Shown: positions 26,303 to 36,310, counted from the stretch's first letter. The stretch is 43,359 nt of DNA from an uncultured Gammaproteobacteria bacterium (GCA_964566895.1 CAZMJP010000002.1:1-43359), one strand, 5' to 3'. The notes: a model not told the origin generated them from the letters alone. A program made the numbers and translations.

Positions 26303-27307
26303 TTATTTGCTCCCTATATATTCAGCCATCTCAACAAACCGACAAGCGTAGCCATATTCGTTGTCATACCAAGCAACCACTTTAATAAGATTTCCCCCGC
26401 AAACTCCGGTCAAACTGAGGTCAACAATAGTCGAATGAGAATCGCCAATAAAATCAGAAGAAACCAATGGCTGATCAATTACGCCCAAAATACCTTTTAA
26501 TTGGCCATTAGCCATTTGTTTAAATTTATTATTGACTTGTTTTACCGTGGTTGATTTTTTCACTAAACAAACCAAATCAATCATAGAAACAACTGGCACA
26601 GGAACGCGTATGGCGATGCCTTCAAGTCTACCTTTTAATTCAGGAATGGCGGCAATAACCGATTTGGTCGCTCCGGTGGTTGTCGGAATGATATTTTGAG
26701 CCGCAGCCCGAGACCGACGCAAATCCGAATGAGATAAATCAAGCAACCTCTGGTCATTGGTGTAAGCATGAACAGTGGTCATTGAGCTATACTCAACTCC
26801 GTATTCGTCGTTCAAAGCCTTAATTAAAGGGGCTAAACAATTAGTTGTGCAAGAACCGTTGGAAATAATCAAGTCCTTCTTGGGGTCAAATTTTTTCTGA
26901 TTAACTCCCAAGACATAGGTCGGTATATCCGGATCTTTTGGCGGAGCCGAGAGAATGACTCTTCTCGCCCCAGCTTTCAAATGCTCTCCGGCTAATTCTT
27001 TAGTAACAAATCTGCCCGTGCTTTCCAAAACAATGTCTATACCTAAGTCTTTCCAGGGCAATTTCCCCGGCTCTTTTTCAGAATAGACGGGATATTTTTT
27101 ATTATTCACAATCAGATGATTTTCATCATAGCCAACTTTACCGTCAAACCGACCATAAATAGAGTCGTATTTCAAAAGATGAGCCAAAGTTTCAGTGTCA
27201 GTCAAATCATTGATGGCCACAATCTTCAATTTTTTGGACTTGAGAGCTAATCGGAAACTCGGCCGCCCGATCCTTCCAAAACCGTTAATAGCAATTTTTA
27301 TAAACAT
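26303..27307 (-). CDS. gap: Glyceraldehyde-3-phosphate dehydrogenase, type I
   Basis: INGFGRIGR NAD-binding motif, catalytic SNGSCTTNCLAP motif and C-terminal WYDNEYGY. Start is taken at the ATG at 27307. Confidence 0.93.
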   Translation of the reverse strand: MFIKIAINGFGRIGRPSFRLALKSKKLKIVAINDLTDTETLAHLLKYDSIYGRFDGKVGYDENHLIVNNKKYPVYSEKEPGKLPWKDLGIDIVLESTGRFVTKELAGEHLKAGARRVILSAPPKDPDIPTYVLGVNQKKFDPKKDLIISNGSCTTNCLAPLIKALNDEYGVEYSSMTTVHAYTNDQRLLDLSHSDLRRSRAAAQNIIPTTTGATKSVIAAIPELKGRLEGIAIRVPVPVVSMIDLVCLVKKSTTVKQVNNKFKQMANGQLKGILGVIDQPLVSSDFIGDSHSTIVDLSLTGVCGGNLIKVVAWYDNEYGYACRFVEMAEYIGSK

Positions 27308-27396
27308 AGAAATCAAAAATTAAATAATTAAGTATTATCTCCTCTCGCCCCATATTAAGCTCTGTTTTGGCATGAGACCCGCCCGGTTTACTCTAA

Positions 27397-28032
27397 TTAC
27401 TTATTCAAGGCCTCAACAATTTTTTGCCCGAATTCTTTAGCCGCCGAAGGTCCATTGGCGGTAATTAATTTCCCGTCAATTACCACCGCCTCGTCCGTAT
27501 AATCAGCTCCCTGACTCTTTAGAATTTCAATCATCTCCTGAGCTAAAGGGTCAGACCAAACCGTCGCCCTTTTGTTTTCTAAAACGCCAGCTTTTGCTAA
27601 AATCGTCGGGGCAAGGCAAATCGCGCCCAAAACCTTATTCTGCTCCATGGCCAACTGAGCTAATTTATGGGCCAACGGGTCACTTTCATATTCTGAAGCC
27701 CCGGGTCCGCCAATGAAAACAATGGCGTCAAAATCATCCGGTTTAACTTGATCAAGGGTTAAATCAACTTCCACCTGTTGGCCGAGTTTACCAACCGCCG
27801 ACCCCTTTTTCGAGCTGGCGACGGTTACCTCGACGCCAGAACTCTCCAAAATCCGTCTTGTCTCGTCATATTCAAAATCTTGAAACCCCTCAAAGGCGAT
27901 GATTAAAACCGCTTTTTTAGAACTTATAATTTCCATAGGAATAATTTTTTCTTGTTCATCGCTTTTAACGCAGCCGGCTAAAACAACCGCCATTAAAAGG
28001 ATGATTAACAAGACGGCTATTTTTATTTTCAT
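27397..28032 (-). CDS. DJ-1/PfpI family protein with lipoprotein signal peptide
   Basis: Signal peptide with lipobox (VVLAGC). The DJ-1/PfpI core includes FIGGPG and the nucleophile elbow LGAICLAP. Confidence 0.75.
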   Translation of the reverse strand: MKIKIAVLLIILLMAVVLAGCVKSDEQEKIIPMEIISSKKAVLIIAFEGFQDFEYDETRRILESSGVEVTVASSKKGSAVGKLGQQVEVDLTLDQVKPDDFDAIVFIGGPGASEYESDPLAHKLAQLAMEQNKVLGAICLAPTILAKAGVLENKRATVWSDPLAQEMIEILKSQGADYTDEAVVIDGKLITANGPSAAKEFGQKIVEALNK

Positions 28033-28084
28033 TTTTTATGATAAATTAAAAAATAAAAAGATTTATCCAGTTAAGAGAGTTGTC

Positions 28085-28960
28085 TTAATGTCCCAATAAT
28101 TTAACTTCAGCCAAAGGAACCTCCGCTCTGGTTCCTTTTTCTTCTCCTTGTCCTGTCTCTTCAATAACGATGGTTTGTTTTAAAATGTGCCAATCAACCA
28201 CCTTCCCTTTGCCCTTTTTGGTTTTAACCTTACTGCCTATTGGCGGCAATTTTTTTATCAGCTCTTTGTACATTTCTTCCTCATAAGACAAACAACACTT
28301 GAGCCGTCCGCAAATACCGGTTAATCGTTCTGAACCGCGCTGAAAAAGCTGCTGGTCCAACATCATATCTACGCTGACATTACCTAATTTACCTAAAAAA
28401 CTGCTGCAGCAAAGACCTCTACCGCAGGGACCAATACCCCCAGCCCAGCCTGCTTCTTGCCGGACCCCAATCTGGTACATTCTAACCGATTTATGAAATT
28501 CCTGAACCAAATCCTTAACTAAACCGCGAAAGTCTACCCTGTTTAGAGCTATAAAAGCAAAAGTTATTTTCCCCCCGTCAAAAGCAAAAAGAACGTCAAC
28601 AATTTTCATTGGCAACTTTCCCTTTTTTACCAAAACTTCGCACTTCTTTATTGCTTGTTCCTTATTCTGATTTCTTTGCTTCCATTTCTCTATATCGTCA
28701 GGATAGGCCTTTCTTAAAATAAAATTAGCTTCCTCTGTCTTACTCGGGACTTCGGAGGGCGAGATTTCCGTCTCTTCAACCTTTTCGCCCTTTTCTTCAA
28801 TCTTTATTATTTTGCCTAAATCCGTGCCTAATTCAGTCTTAATAATTACCGAATCCCCAATTTGAAATTGATCTTTGACAATCATTTCGCCCCCCCTCAT
28901 TTGCGACAGTTGAACTGGCGTGCTATCCCAAGAAGCTAATTGAACGTAAACAGTAATCAT
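28085..28960 (-). CDS. yaaT: PSP1 domain protein (YaaT/RicT family)
   Basis: Conserved Cys cluster GPCGRGLCCSSFL and ...CGRLKCCLSYE in the PSP1 C-terminal domain. Confidence 0.8.
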   Translation of the reverse strand: MITVYVQLASWDSTPVQLSQMRGGEMIVKDQFQIGDSVIIKTELGTDLGKIIKIEEKGEKVEETEISPSEVPSKTEEANFILRKAYPDDIEKWKQRNQNKEQAIKKCEVLVKKGKLPMKIVDVLFAFDGGKITFAFIALNRVDFRGLVKDLVQEFHKSVRMYQIGVRQEAGWAGGIGPCGRGLCCSSFLGKLGNVSVDMMLDQQLFQRGSERLTGICGRLKCCLSYEEEMYKELIKKLPPIGSKVKTKKGKGKVVDWHILKQTIVIEETGQGEEKGTRAEVPLAEVKLLGH

Positions 28961-29017
28961 TTAGCGGATAAGCAATTTAACAAATTAGCAAAAACGGGAA
29001 AACTAAAAGACCTAATT

Positions 29018-29596
29018 TCACAACGCAAATCTAATAAATCTTTTAACCTGAATGTTTTCCCCCAACTTGGCTATCTCATTTTGAATCAATTCTTTAACGC
29101 TCACTTTATCATCTTTGATAAAGGGCTGATTTAATAAACAAACCTCCTGATAAAATTTCTCCAATTTTCCGTTAATTATCTTTTCTTTTATTTGACCGGA
29201 TTTTTTAGAGTCTATCCCCTGGCTATAAATCTCTTTTTCTTTTCTAATCACTTGTTCGGGAATTTGTTCCGGGCTAACCCAGGCTGGATTAGCGGCGGCA
29301 ATTTGCATAGCCAAATCATGGGCCAGTTGTCTAAATTCTTCGTTTCTGGCCACAAAATCAGTCTGACAAACTACTTCAACTAAAACTCCAATCTTATTAT
29401 TAGAATGAATATATGACCCGATAACGCCTTCGTTGGTTGGTTTAATCTCCTTATTCTGGGCAATCTTTCGGCCTTCTTTTCTTAATATCTCCAGAGCCTC
29501 ATCCAAGTCGCCCTTGGCCTGCCGAAAAGCTTTTTGACAATCTGAAAATCCTGCTCCACTTATTTCTCTTAATTGTTTTATAATTTTTGCATCCAT
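29018..29596 (-). CDS. tsf: Translation elongation factor Ts (short form)
   Basis: N-terminal UBA-like domain [19 protein letters not shown] and core [12 protein letters not shown]. The gene lies downstream of rpsB. Confidence 0.92.
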   Translation of the reverse strand: MDAKIIKQLREISGAGFSDCQKAFRQAKGDLDEALEILRKEGRKIAQNKEIKPTNEGVIGSYIHSNNKIGVLVEVVCQTDFVARNEEFRQLAHDLAMQIAAANPAWVSPEQIPEQVIRKEKEIYSQGIDSKKSGQIKEKIINGKLEKFYQEVCLLNQPFIKDDKVSVKELIQNEIAKLGENIQVKRFIRFAL

Positions 29597-29768
29597 ATTA
29601 AAACATTAAATCATTAAAACGTTGGGACAGCTAACAATAGGAATTGAGGCTAAAAACCGGCTTAGATTCATCGCGGGAACAATTATTAATTTCTAACGGA
29701 ATCTGGGGAAAGGGTTTAGGGCCTTATCTTTGCCTTAACCCTTAGACCTTAACTGATCTTTTTATGTT

Positions 29769-30512
29769 CTAGTGCTCTTGCGTTTTTTTTGTTTTTTCTC
29801 TTCCCCGCTCTACAGCCTCGGCAACCAAGCTGGTAATTAATTCAATTGACTTAATCGCGTCGTCGTTGGCCGGGATTGGCCAATCGATAAGTTCTGGATT
29901 GGCGTTGGTGTCAACCACAGCTACGGTTGGTATTTTAGACCTTCTCGCTTCTCTAACGCCCGTTTTTTCTTTAACAATGTCAATTATATAAATTATATCC
30001 GGTTTCCTTTTAAGATTTTTTATTCCGCCGACTAAGGTTTGCAGTTTATCCAATTTTTTTAAAAATTCATGCCGCTCTTTTTTAGTATATTTTTCCCATT
30101 CTCCCTCATCTTTCTCTTTTTGCATTTTATTGAACTTTTCAATTAAGCCCGAGATGGTGGAAAAATTAGTCAAGATACCTCCCAACCAACGTTCAGTAAC
30201 ATAAGGAATATCTAATTTTTCAGCATACTTTTTAACAATATCTTTAGCCGCCGGTTTGGTGCCAACAAATAAGATGTTAGCCCCCTGACTGACAGAGCTA
30301 GCGATAAAATTAAGAGCTCCCCGAAGTTTTTCAGACGTTTTCTCTAAATCAATAATATGAATTGTATTTTTAGCGCCGTAAATATATGGGTCCATTTGGG
30401 GAGAATGTCTTGTTGTTTTATGCCCTAAATGAAGGCCGGCTTTAGCCATATCCAAAGTAGATGGAATCTTCACCTCATTAGAAACGGAGATTTTTTGTTT
30501 ATCTGTTGCCAT
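29769..30512 (-). CDS. rpsB: 30S ribosomal protein S2
   Basis: Motifs AGLHLGHKTTRHSPQM, ILFVGTK, YVTERWLGGILTN and DTNANPE. The ATG at 30512 is preferred; the track start at 30524 is a TTG. Confidence 0.93.
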   Translation of the reverse strand: MATDKQKISVSNEVKIPSTLDMAKAGLHLGHKTTRHSPQMDPYIYGAKNTIHIIDLEKTSEKLRGALNFIASSVSQGANILFVGTKPAAKDIVKKYAEKLDIPYVTERWLGGILTNFSTISGLIEKFNKMQKEKDEGEWEKYTKKERHEFLKKLDKLQTLVGGIKNLKRKPDIIYIIDIVKEKTGVREARRSKIPTVAVVDTNANPELIDWPIPANDDAIKSIELITSLVAEAVERGREKTKKTQEH

Positions 30513-30626
30513 AAGTTTATTCAATCAAATTAAGTTATCGCCCCGCCGCTAAAAGAAAAAATTAAACCTCCTACGGGGAATCAAACCAATCTTAGTATAA
30601 CATAATCATAGAAAAAAGCAAAATAC

Positions 30627-30654
30627 TTGTCAAATATTTTATTTATGTTAAAAT
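30627..30654 (+). promoter_or_regulatory. Promoter of rpmE with extended -10, positioned for a leaderless or near-leaderless transcript
   Basis: TTGTCA (30627-30632), a 16-nt spacer ending TGT, then TAAAAT (30649-30654). The rpmE ATG is at 30662, and the intervening AACTCCT contains no Shine-Dalgarno sequence. Confidence 0.45.
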
Positions 30655-30661
30655 AACTCCT

Positions 30662-30946
30662 ATGAAAAAGGATATTCACCCAAAATATTATCCAAAAGCG
30701 AAAATAAAATGCGCCTGCGGCGCGAAATTTACTATCGGCTCAACCGTCGAAAACGCGAACGTGGAGATTTGTTCAAATTGCCATCCGCTTTATACCGGGA
30801 AACAAAAATTTATTGATACAGCCGGAAGATTGGAAAGATATCAAAAAATAGTTGAAAAGTCAAAAATACTGAAACAGGGCAAAAAAAGCAAGGGAGAAAA
30901 GGTTAATCCCAAGGGAAAAAAGTTAGTCCCGGGGAAAAAAACATAA
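30662..30946 (+). CDS. rpmE: 50S ribosomal protein L31 (Zn-ribbon type A) with Lys-rich C-terminal extension
   Basis: [11 protein letters not shown]-terminus with CxC...CxxCHPLYTG cysteines. At 94 aa it exceeds the usual length of about 70. Confidence 0.92.
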   Translation: MKKDIHPKYYPKAKIKCACGAKFTIGSTVENANVEICSNCHPLYTGKQKFIDTAGRLERYQKIVEKSKILKQGKKSKGEKVNPKGKKLVPGKKT

Positions 30947-30985
30947 AAACATGAGAACAAGTTGTTTCAATGTTTTAATGATTCT

Positions 30986-32029
30986 ATGGAAAACCAATCT
31001 AATGGACTAAAAAAACAACTGGAGAATCTGGAAAACCAGTTACAAGATCCTCAAATCTATAACAACCAGGCAAAACTAAAACAAACCTCTAGAGAATATA
31101 GTCAACTGAAAGACCTGATAAGAAAATCTGAACAATTGAAAGAAATTAACAGAAAAATATCTGAAACTGAAAAATTGTTAGCCTGTGAATCCGACCAAGA
31201 CATAATTAAGATGGCTAAAGAAGAAATAGAAAGCTTGCAGAAAGAACAACAAATCTTGGAAAAAGAAATCAACAAAGAAATAAAACCGAAATCGGTAATT
31301 GACGAAAAGGATGTCATTATAGAAATCAGGGCCGGAACCGGCGGAGAAGAAGCGGGTCTATTCACCGCTGATTTATTCAGGATGTATTCGCGATTTGCTG
31401 AAAAAAAACGCTGGCAAACTTATTTAATTTCATCCAATCCAACCGACATCGGCGGATTTAAAGAAATAATATTTGGAATCAAGGGCCCAGGAGCTTACTC
31501 TCTACTCAAAAATGAAAGCGGAGTCCACCGAGTCCAACGGATCCCGGAAACAGAAAAAAACGGCCGCGTTCATACCTCAGCCGCTTCGGTGGTCATTTTA
31601 CCAGAAGCCAACCCGATAGATATAAAAATAAACCCTGAAGATTTAAAAATTGAGGCCTTTCGGGCTTCGGGCCACGGCGGTCAAAACGTCCAAAAAAACG
31701 CTTCGGCAATCAGAATCACCCACCGACCAAGCGGTTTAACCGTCGCCTGCCAGGACGAAAGAGCTCAAACACAAAATAAAGAAAAGGCTCTGACTGTTTT
31801 GCGCTCTCGACTCTTGGCTATTGAACAAGAAAAAAAGAATAAAGATTTAAAAGAGAAAAGACTATCCCAAATTGGCAGCGGCGACCGTTCAGAAAAAATC
31901 AGAACCTATAATTATCCTCAGGGACGAATTACCGACCACAGAATTAAAAAGTCCTGGTATGATTTTGAACAAATTATGGACGGGGACCTCGATTCAATAA
32001 TTGAAACCTTGCAAGACAAAACATCATAA
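30986..32029 (+). CDS. prfA: Peptide chain release factor 1
   Basis: GGQ motif (SGHGGQNVQK) and a PxT-class tripeptide (RIPETEKNGRVHTSA) rather than the SPF of RF2. The ATG at 30986 is preferred to the TTG at 30962. Confidence 0.88.
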   Translation: MENQSNGLKKQLENLENQLQDPQIYNNQAKLKQTSREYSQLKDLIRKSEQLKEINRKISETEKLLACESDQDIIKMAKEEIESLQKEQQILEKEINKEIKPKSVIDEKDVIIEIRAGTGGEEAGLFTADLFRMYSRFAEKKRWQTYLISSNPTDIGGFKEIIFGIKGPGAYSLLKNESGVHRVQRIPETEKNGRVHTSAASVVILPEANPIDIKINPEDLKIEAFRASGHGGQNVQKNASAIRITHRPSGLTVACQDERAQTQNKEKALTVLRSRLLAIEQEKKNKDLKEKRLSQIGSGDRSEKIRTYNYPQGRITDHRIKKSWYDFEQIMDGDLDSIIETLQDKTS

Positions 32030-32081
32030 CCCATAATGACAAAAGAATCAATCAAAGCGCTATAAAACAAAAAAATTACCA

Positions 32082-32103
32082 TCAGACTAAATTATTAGTC
32101 TGA
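32082..32103 (-). terminator. Terminator hairpin between convergent prfA and the DUF3048-like gene
   Basis: A 9-bp stem (TCAGACTAA / TTAGTCTGA) with a 4-nt loop. On the minus strand it is followed by TGGTAATTTTTTTGTTTT. Confidence 0.55.
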
Positions 32104-32113
32104 AGGCGGACGC

Positions 32114-33202
32114 TCAATATAGTACTCGGTGATTTTTAGAAACAATCTCTATCCAAATTGTTCCCGGCAAAAATTTTATTTCCTCACTCTCAAGGTCGTA
32201 AAATTTAGTCCGCGAGTTTTGCTCCAATTTCTCCCATCTCCCCTGCTTTAAAAAACCGTTTTGAAAAATAAGCGCTTCCCCTTGACCGATAGTTTTAATA
32301 AATCGCCGACCAACTTCGTCCAAGATATTTATTTCGGTTTTCTGAATAACTAAATTTTCAACTCCGATCTGCCTTCCGCTCTGATCAAAAAACGGTTGGC
32401 CGTCCTGGAAGCGCAAATAAACCTGATTATCTTTGTCAAACTGCCAAACAACCGGCTGGCGGTAATCAATTTTAACTATTACCCCGCTCTCCTCTTCTTT
32501 TTTTTCGCCGCTTGAAAGGGAAAGGGTCGGGAGGCTTTCAAATCCCCAGTCTTCAAAATCTGGACTAATTGCATTAACCAGATTTTTTTTATTTATCAGA
32601 CTAACGATTGATTGCCTGGAAATATATAAATTGTGCGGACCTTGTCTTTGCTCATCACGCCAGAAATAACCTCCGTCTCCGCTAATTTCGTCTAAATCGT
32701 AAATAATGGAATAAAAATGTTGGCTAATCTTCTGCAACGCTTCACTGCTACCTCCGGCATGAACGAAAATCGCCCCATACTCTCCCGCCCAATCAACTAA
32801 ATAAGGTCTGGCTGACCTAACCGGACCAATCTCATCCGGCAAAAAATCTTGGTCAAATACAGCCAAAAAACGAGTAATGTCAGCTTCAACCGGAGCTTCA
32901 TAAACAACCGAGGCCCGGTCAACGCCGCTGATTGGTAAAGACTCCTTCAAATTATCCAAAACAACAGCTATCGGCAACTTATCAAAACGATTCTCCTGAA
33001 GCTGTTCAACAACCAGCGGCTCCCCAATATCTTCAAAACCTTGCCAATCAGGAAAAACTTCTCGTCCGATAGAAACATCTTGACTACTAAAAACTTCTTG
33101 GTTGGATAATTGATTTTTATGACGATCAGGCAATAAAATAAAGAATAACGTCAAAAAAAAGACCAAACTGACCAGTCCAACTATTTTTGTAAAATTAGAC
33201 AT
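32114..33202 (-). CDS. DUF3048-family secreted/membrane-anchored protein (YerB-like)
   Basis: N-terminal anchor helix followed by segments PIAVVLDN..., VVYEAPVEADITRFLAVF and VRSARPYLVDWA, which resemble DUF3048 N- and C-domains. Recognition is from memory. Confidence 0.55.
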   Translation of the reverse strand: MSNFTKIVGLVSLVFFLTLFFILLPDRHKNQLSNQEVFSSQDVSIGREVFPDWQGFEDIGEPLVVEQLQENRFDKLPIAVVLDNLKESLPISGVDRASVVYEAPVEADITRFLAVFDQDFLPDEIGPVRSARPYLVDWAGEYGAIFVHAGGSSEALQKISQHFYSIIYDLDEISGDGGYFWRDEQRQGPHNLYISRQSIVSLINKKNLVNAISPDFEDWGFESLPTLSLSSGEKKEEESGVIVKIDYRQPVVWQFDKDNQVYLRFQDGQPFFDQSGRQIGVENLVIQKTEINILDEVGRRFIKTIGQGEALIFQNGFLKQGRWEKLEQNSRTKFYDLESEEIKFLPGTIWIEIVSKNHRVLY

Positions 33203-33211
33203 TGATACGAA

Positions 33212-33910
33212 TTATTTCTCCTTCCCCCCTTCTTTCTTTTCTTTCTCTTCTTTCCCTTCTTTTTCCTCTTTAACCGTTTCTCCGATTCTTTCAACTTCTT
33301 CCACTTTTTCTTCCGGGGCTCCTTCAGCTACTTCTTCTTCACGCGGTCTTTCGATATTAACTACAACATCCTTCGGGTTTTGTAAAATCTTAATATTCCG
33401 GGGCACCTTTAAATCGCCTACCCTAATTATATCGTCAAAATTCTTTAAACCTGAAATGTCTACTTCAATCTGATGAATTAAATCTTCCGGTAAGCACTCT
33501 ATTTCCACCTCATCCAGACTTGAAACCAAGACGCCGCCCAATTCTTTAACGGCCGGCGATAAGCCCGTCAACTTCAGTTCTACCTCAACGGTAATTTTTT
33601 CACCGGCTTTAATTTTATAAAAATCAATATGTTGAAATTGGTTGGTCAGGGGATGATATTGGATATCGTGAATTAAAACTTTAACAGAGCCGGGCCAGGC
33701 CCCTTCGGATTTCTCCCCTTCAATTTCTAAATCAATCAGACTGCTTTCTCTGGCTTGCTTATAAATTTTTTCAAACTCCTGATAGGGAACCTGGATAGAT
33801 TGAGTTTTAAAATTGTGGCCATAAACCACGGCGGGAATGACTCCGCTCTTCCGCAGTGTCCCGGCTTTTCCACCAAGTAATTTTCTAGATTGTGCTTTAA
33901 GGGTAAACAT
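33212..33910 (-). CDS. rplY: 50S ribosomal protein L25 / general stress protein Ctc form
   Basis: N-terminal L25 domain (LRKSGVIPAVVYG...), a second beta-domain and a long K/E-rich tail. Confidence 0.88.
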   Translation of the reverse strand: MFTLKAQSRKLLGGKAGTLRKSGVIPAVVYGHNFKTQSIQVPYQEFEKIYKQARESSLIDLEIEGEKSEGAWPGSVKVLIHDIQYHPLTNQFQHIDFYKIKAGEKITVEVELKLTGLSPAVKELGGVLVSSLDEVEIECLPEDLIHQIEVDISGLKNFDDIIRVGDLKVPRNIKILQNPKDVVVNIERPREEEVAEGAPEEKVEEVERIGETVKEEKEGKEEKEKKEGGKEK

Positions 33911-34002
33911 ATAAGTTCGCTAAAACATTAAAGTATTGGAACACAAAAATTTTTGCTCCGCAGAAGTTCTTTTCTTTGTCCTAATGTTCTCATTTTACAG
34001 TG

Positions 34003-35106
34003 TCAAAACGCTTTTGTAAAGGGCTGATGGATGACAACACTTTCAACCATAGCAATGGCGAGAATACTGATAAACAGAGAACTACCTCCATAGCTGACCA
34101 ATGGCAAGGGCAGCCCAATAACCGGCAGCAGCCCGATGTTCATCCCAACATTAATAACCATCTGGAGGGAAAAATAAATAATAACGCCTAAAGCAAAGAC
34201 TAGGCTAAAATCATCGTAGACTGTTAAACTTATTTTAATTAGACGATATAAAAGAAAGACATAAAATCCCAAAAGAATCAAGGAACCGATTAAACCAAAT
34301 TCTTCGGCAATAACGACAAAAATAAAATCAGTCTCGGCCGCCGGCAAAAACCGCAACTGGGATTGAGAACCTAAGCCAAACCCCCGTCCTAAAATTCTGC
34401 CTGAGCCAACCGCTACGACCGATTGGGTAATTTGATAACCGCGACCCAAGGGATCGCTCTGCGGGTTAAGATACGTCAAAATACGATCCTTTTGATAATC
34501 CTTTAAAAAAAACAACCAACCTGAAAGACTAATCAAAATGACAATTAAAACTAACCCCAAAATGTGCTTTTTGTTTTTATCAACCAAAAAAATAATACTT
34601 ATCCATAAAATAGCAATCATTGCGGCTGAACCAAGATCCGGCTGGCGGATAATTAAGTATATACTCGGCAAAATAAAAATAGCGCTTTTTAAAATATCTC
34701 CCAAACGTACCGGCTTGGCCGCTTTTTGCCAAAAATTAGCCAAAAACATAACTACAGCCAATTTAGCCAACTCAGTTGGTTGAAAACTAAAAAAACCGAA
34801 ATTCAGCCATCCCTTTACACCCCTCAACTCCTGGCCAACTATTAAGACAACAATTAAGAGAAAGACGGTTAAAATATAAATCCAATAAGAGGTTGATCTA
34901 AAAAATCGGAAATCAGTCAGACAAACAAACCAAAATAAAACAAAGCCAGCTAAGGCGAAAATAAGTTGCCTGGTGAAATTGCTAACCCCCGCTCCTTGTT
35001 TAGCCAATGACAAACTATACAAACTCACTAAACCAATAATAATCAGCAATGTCATTGAGATAAATAAACTCCAGTCAAAACGTTTTAATTGAGCAAAACT
35101 TGGCAT
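34003..35106 (-). CDS. rodA: SEDS-family peptidoglycan polymerase (RodA/FtsW)
   Basis: About 10 transmembrane helices, with motifs QPTELAKL, RQPDLGSA, AETDFIFVVIAEEFG and GLPLPLVSYGGSS. Confidence 0.88.
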   Translation of the reverse strand: MPSFAQLKRFDWSLFISMTLLIIIGLVSLYSLSLAKQGAGVSNFTRQLIFALAGFVLFWFVCLTDFRFFRSTSYWIYILTVFLLIVVLIVGQELRGVKGWLNFGFFSFQPTELAKLAVVMFLANFWQKAAKPVRLGDILKSAIFILPSIYLIIRQPDLGSAAMIAILWISIIFLVDKNKKHILGLVLIVILISLSGWLFFLKDYQKDRILTYLNPQSDPLGRGYQITQSVVAVGSGRILGRGFGLGSQSQLRFLPAAETDFIFVVIAEEFGLIGSLILLGFYVFLLYRLIKISLTVYDDFSLVFALGVIIYFSLQMVINVGMNIGLLPVIGLPLPLVSYGGSSLFISILAIAMVESVVIHQPFTKAF

Positions 35107-35178
35107 AATTACCTAAATAAGATCAAAGGCAATTCCTCCGACGACCAAATAAAACAAAATGAAAGCAAGAACAAAAAT

Positions 35179-36117
35179 TTACGGCTGAAGAATATCCTCG
35201 GTTCGACCGTTGACTGAAATAACAACGTTGTCAACTGTAGAAAGTTGTTTTAAGGTCTCTGTTACTTGAGCTCTGATTGCCGCCACTCGGCAAGAACCAC
35301 CGACTTGAAACTCCAATTGTTCGTCAAAATCAATCTCGGCCGTTCCGCCGCCAGTTGACGGATTAACGGACAACCTCTGGACCCTCACTCCCGAATTTAT
35401 GTTCGAAACAAAACCTTGATTAATTTCTTCCTCTGTCGCTCCTCGCAAAAGAGCTTCTATGGCCGCCCGGGCAACCGCCGAGGTTCTAAAAACTCGTCTC
35501 TCAACGGCTATAGTGCGGGAACAATCAAAATACGGTTCATTGACAAAACGCGAGTCGCTCAAAAAAATCTTTACGGTCATAAACTCCGGCGAAATTTCCG
35601 TCACCTCTTTGAAATAAACCGGGACAACTAATTCGTCCGCCTGCTCCGGCAATCCTGAAGGATTATCTTTTTCTAAAATCAATTTGCCTTCTGAGGTGGA
35701 CGGAACGGCAAAAGGAAGGGCGGCCTTAAATGGCACAAATTTCTCCGTCATCCAATCTTCTAAGGCCTGAGCTGTTGTTATGCCCAAGAGAAAACCATTG
35801 CCGTCAAAAAGTTTAATCGGAAAACTGGCTTCGAAAAACCAGAACCCCCTTGCCTCCCCTTTAATAAAAAGCGGACTTTCAATAATTTGATTAAGTTGAG
35901 GGCTGTCTATCTTTATCAGGTCGGTTTTTCCCGAATTTATTGTTTCTTCTCCGCCGCAGGGTTCAGATGGCATTGGCGCGGAAGGAACTCCATGCTTAAC
36001 CCACTGCCCCTGCCGGCAAATCCAATTGTCTTCCGGACCGCCGATAACAAATCTAATAAAAAACCATCCGGTCAAGACGGCGATTATTATAATAAAAATT
36101 TTTATATTTTTAGTCAT
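35179..36117 (-). CDS. Membrane-anchored protein with Gmad2 Ig-like and GerMN-like domains
   Basis: N-terminal transmembrane helix. The segment PLFIKGEARGFWFFEASFPIKLFDGNG is typical of the Gmad2 domain. The C-terminal segment (VARAAIEALLRG...VDNVVISVNG) resembles GerMN. Confidence 0.55.
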   Translation of the reverse strand: MTKNIKIFIIIIAVLTGWFFIRFVIGGPEDNWICRQGQWVKHGVPSAPMPSEPCGGEETINSGKTDLIKIDSPQLNQIIESPLFIKGEARGFWFFEASFPIKLFDGNGFLLGITTAQALEDWMTEKFVPFKAALPFAVPSTSEGKLILEKDNPSGLPEQADELVVPVYFKEVTEISPEFMTVKIFLSDSRFVNEPYFDCSRTIAVERRVFRTSAVARAAIEALLRGATEEEINQGFVSNINSGVRVQRLSVNPSTGGGTAEIDFDEQLEFQVGGSCRVAAIRAQVTETLKQLSTVDNVVISVNGRTEDILQP

Positions 36118-36287
36118 TGATAAAAGTTCTCCAATTACTCACTCCTCATTTCCTTTAAAAATCTTCTGTAAAATTCTACTCTCTAATTTATTCCATTATA
36201 CAAAAATTCTTTCGGACTAGCAAGAATCCAAAAGAATTGAAACTTAATTGGTCAACAACTAAAACGGTTAACGGGTTATTATTAAAA

Positions 36288-36310
36288 AAGTCCGGCCAAC
36301 GGACTTTTCT
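36288..36310 (-). terminator. Intrinsic terminator of the three-gene operon
   Basis: Minus strand reads AAGTCCG-TTGGC-CGGACTT followed by TTTTAATAAT. It starts about 25 nt after the stop of the KamA-like gene. Confidence 0.7.

Noticed and set aside
29597-29768. 172-nt rpsB-tsf spacer with a hairpin (AAGGGTT...AACCCTT), considered as a small RNA or attenuator
   Set aside because: rpsB-tsf spacers of this size are common. Only one modest hairpin is present, and no promoter or terminator pair is visible, so this is not enough to call a feature.
30986-32029. Possibility of an alternative genetic code (UGA reassigned, as in some candidate phyla), because only RF1 is seen
   Set aside because: All recognisable genes translate to full-length proteins with the standard code. 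At least two conserved genes end at TGA with normal lengths: the minor pilin at 20247 and mutM at 39872. RF2 may simply lie outside the window.
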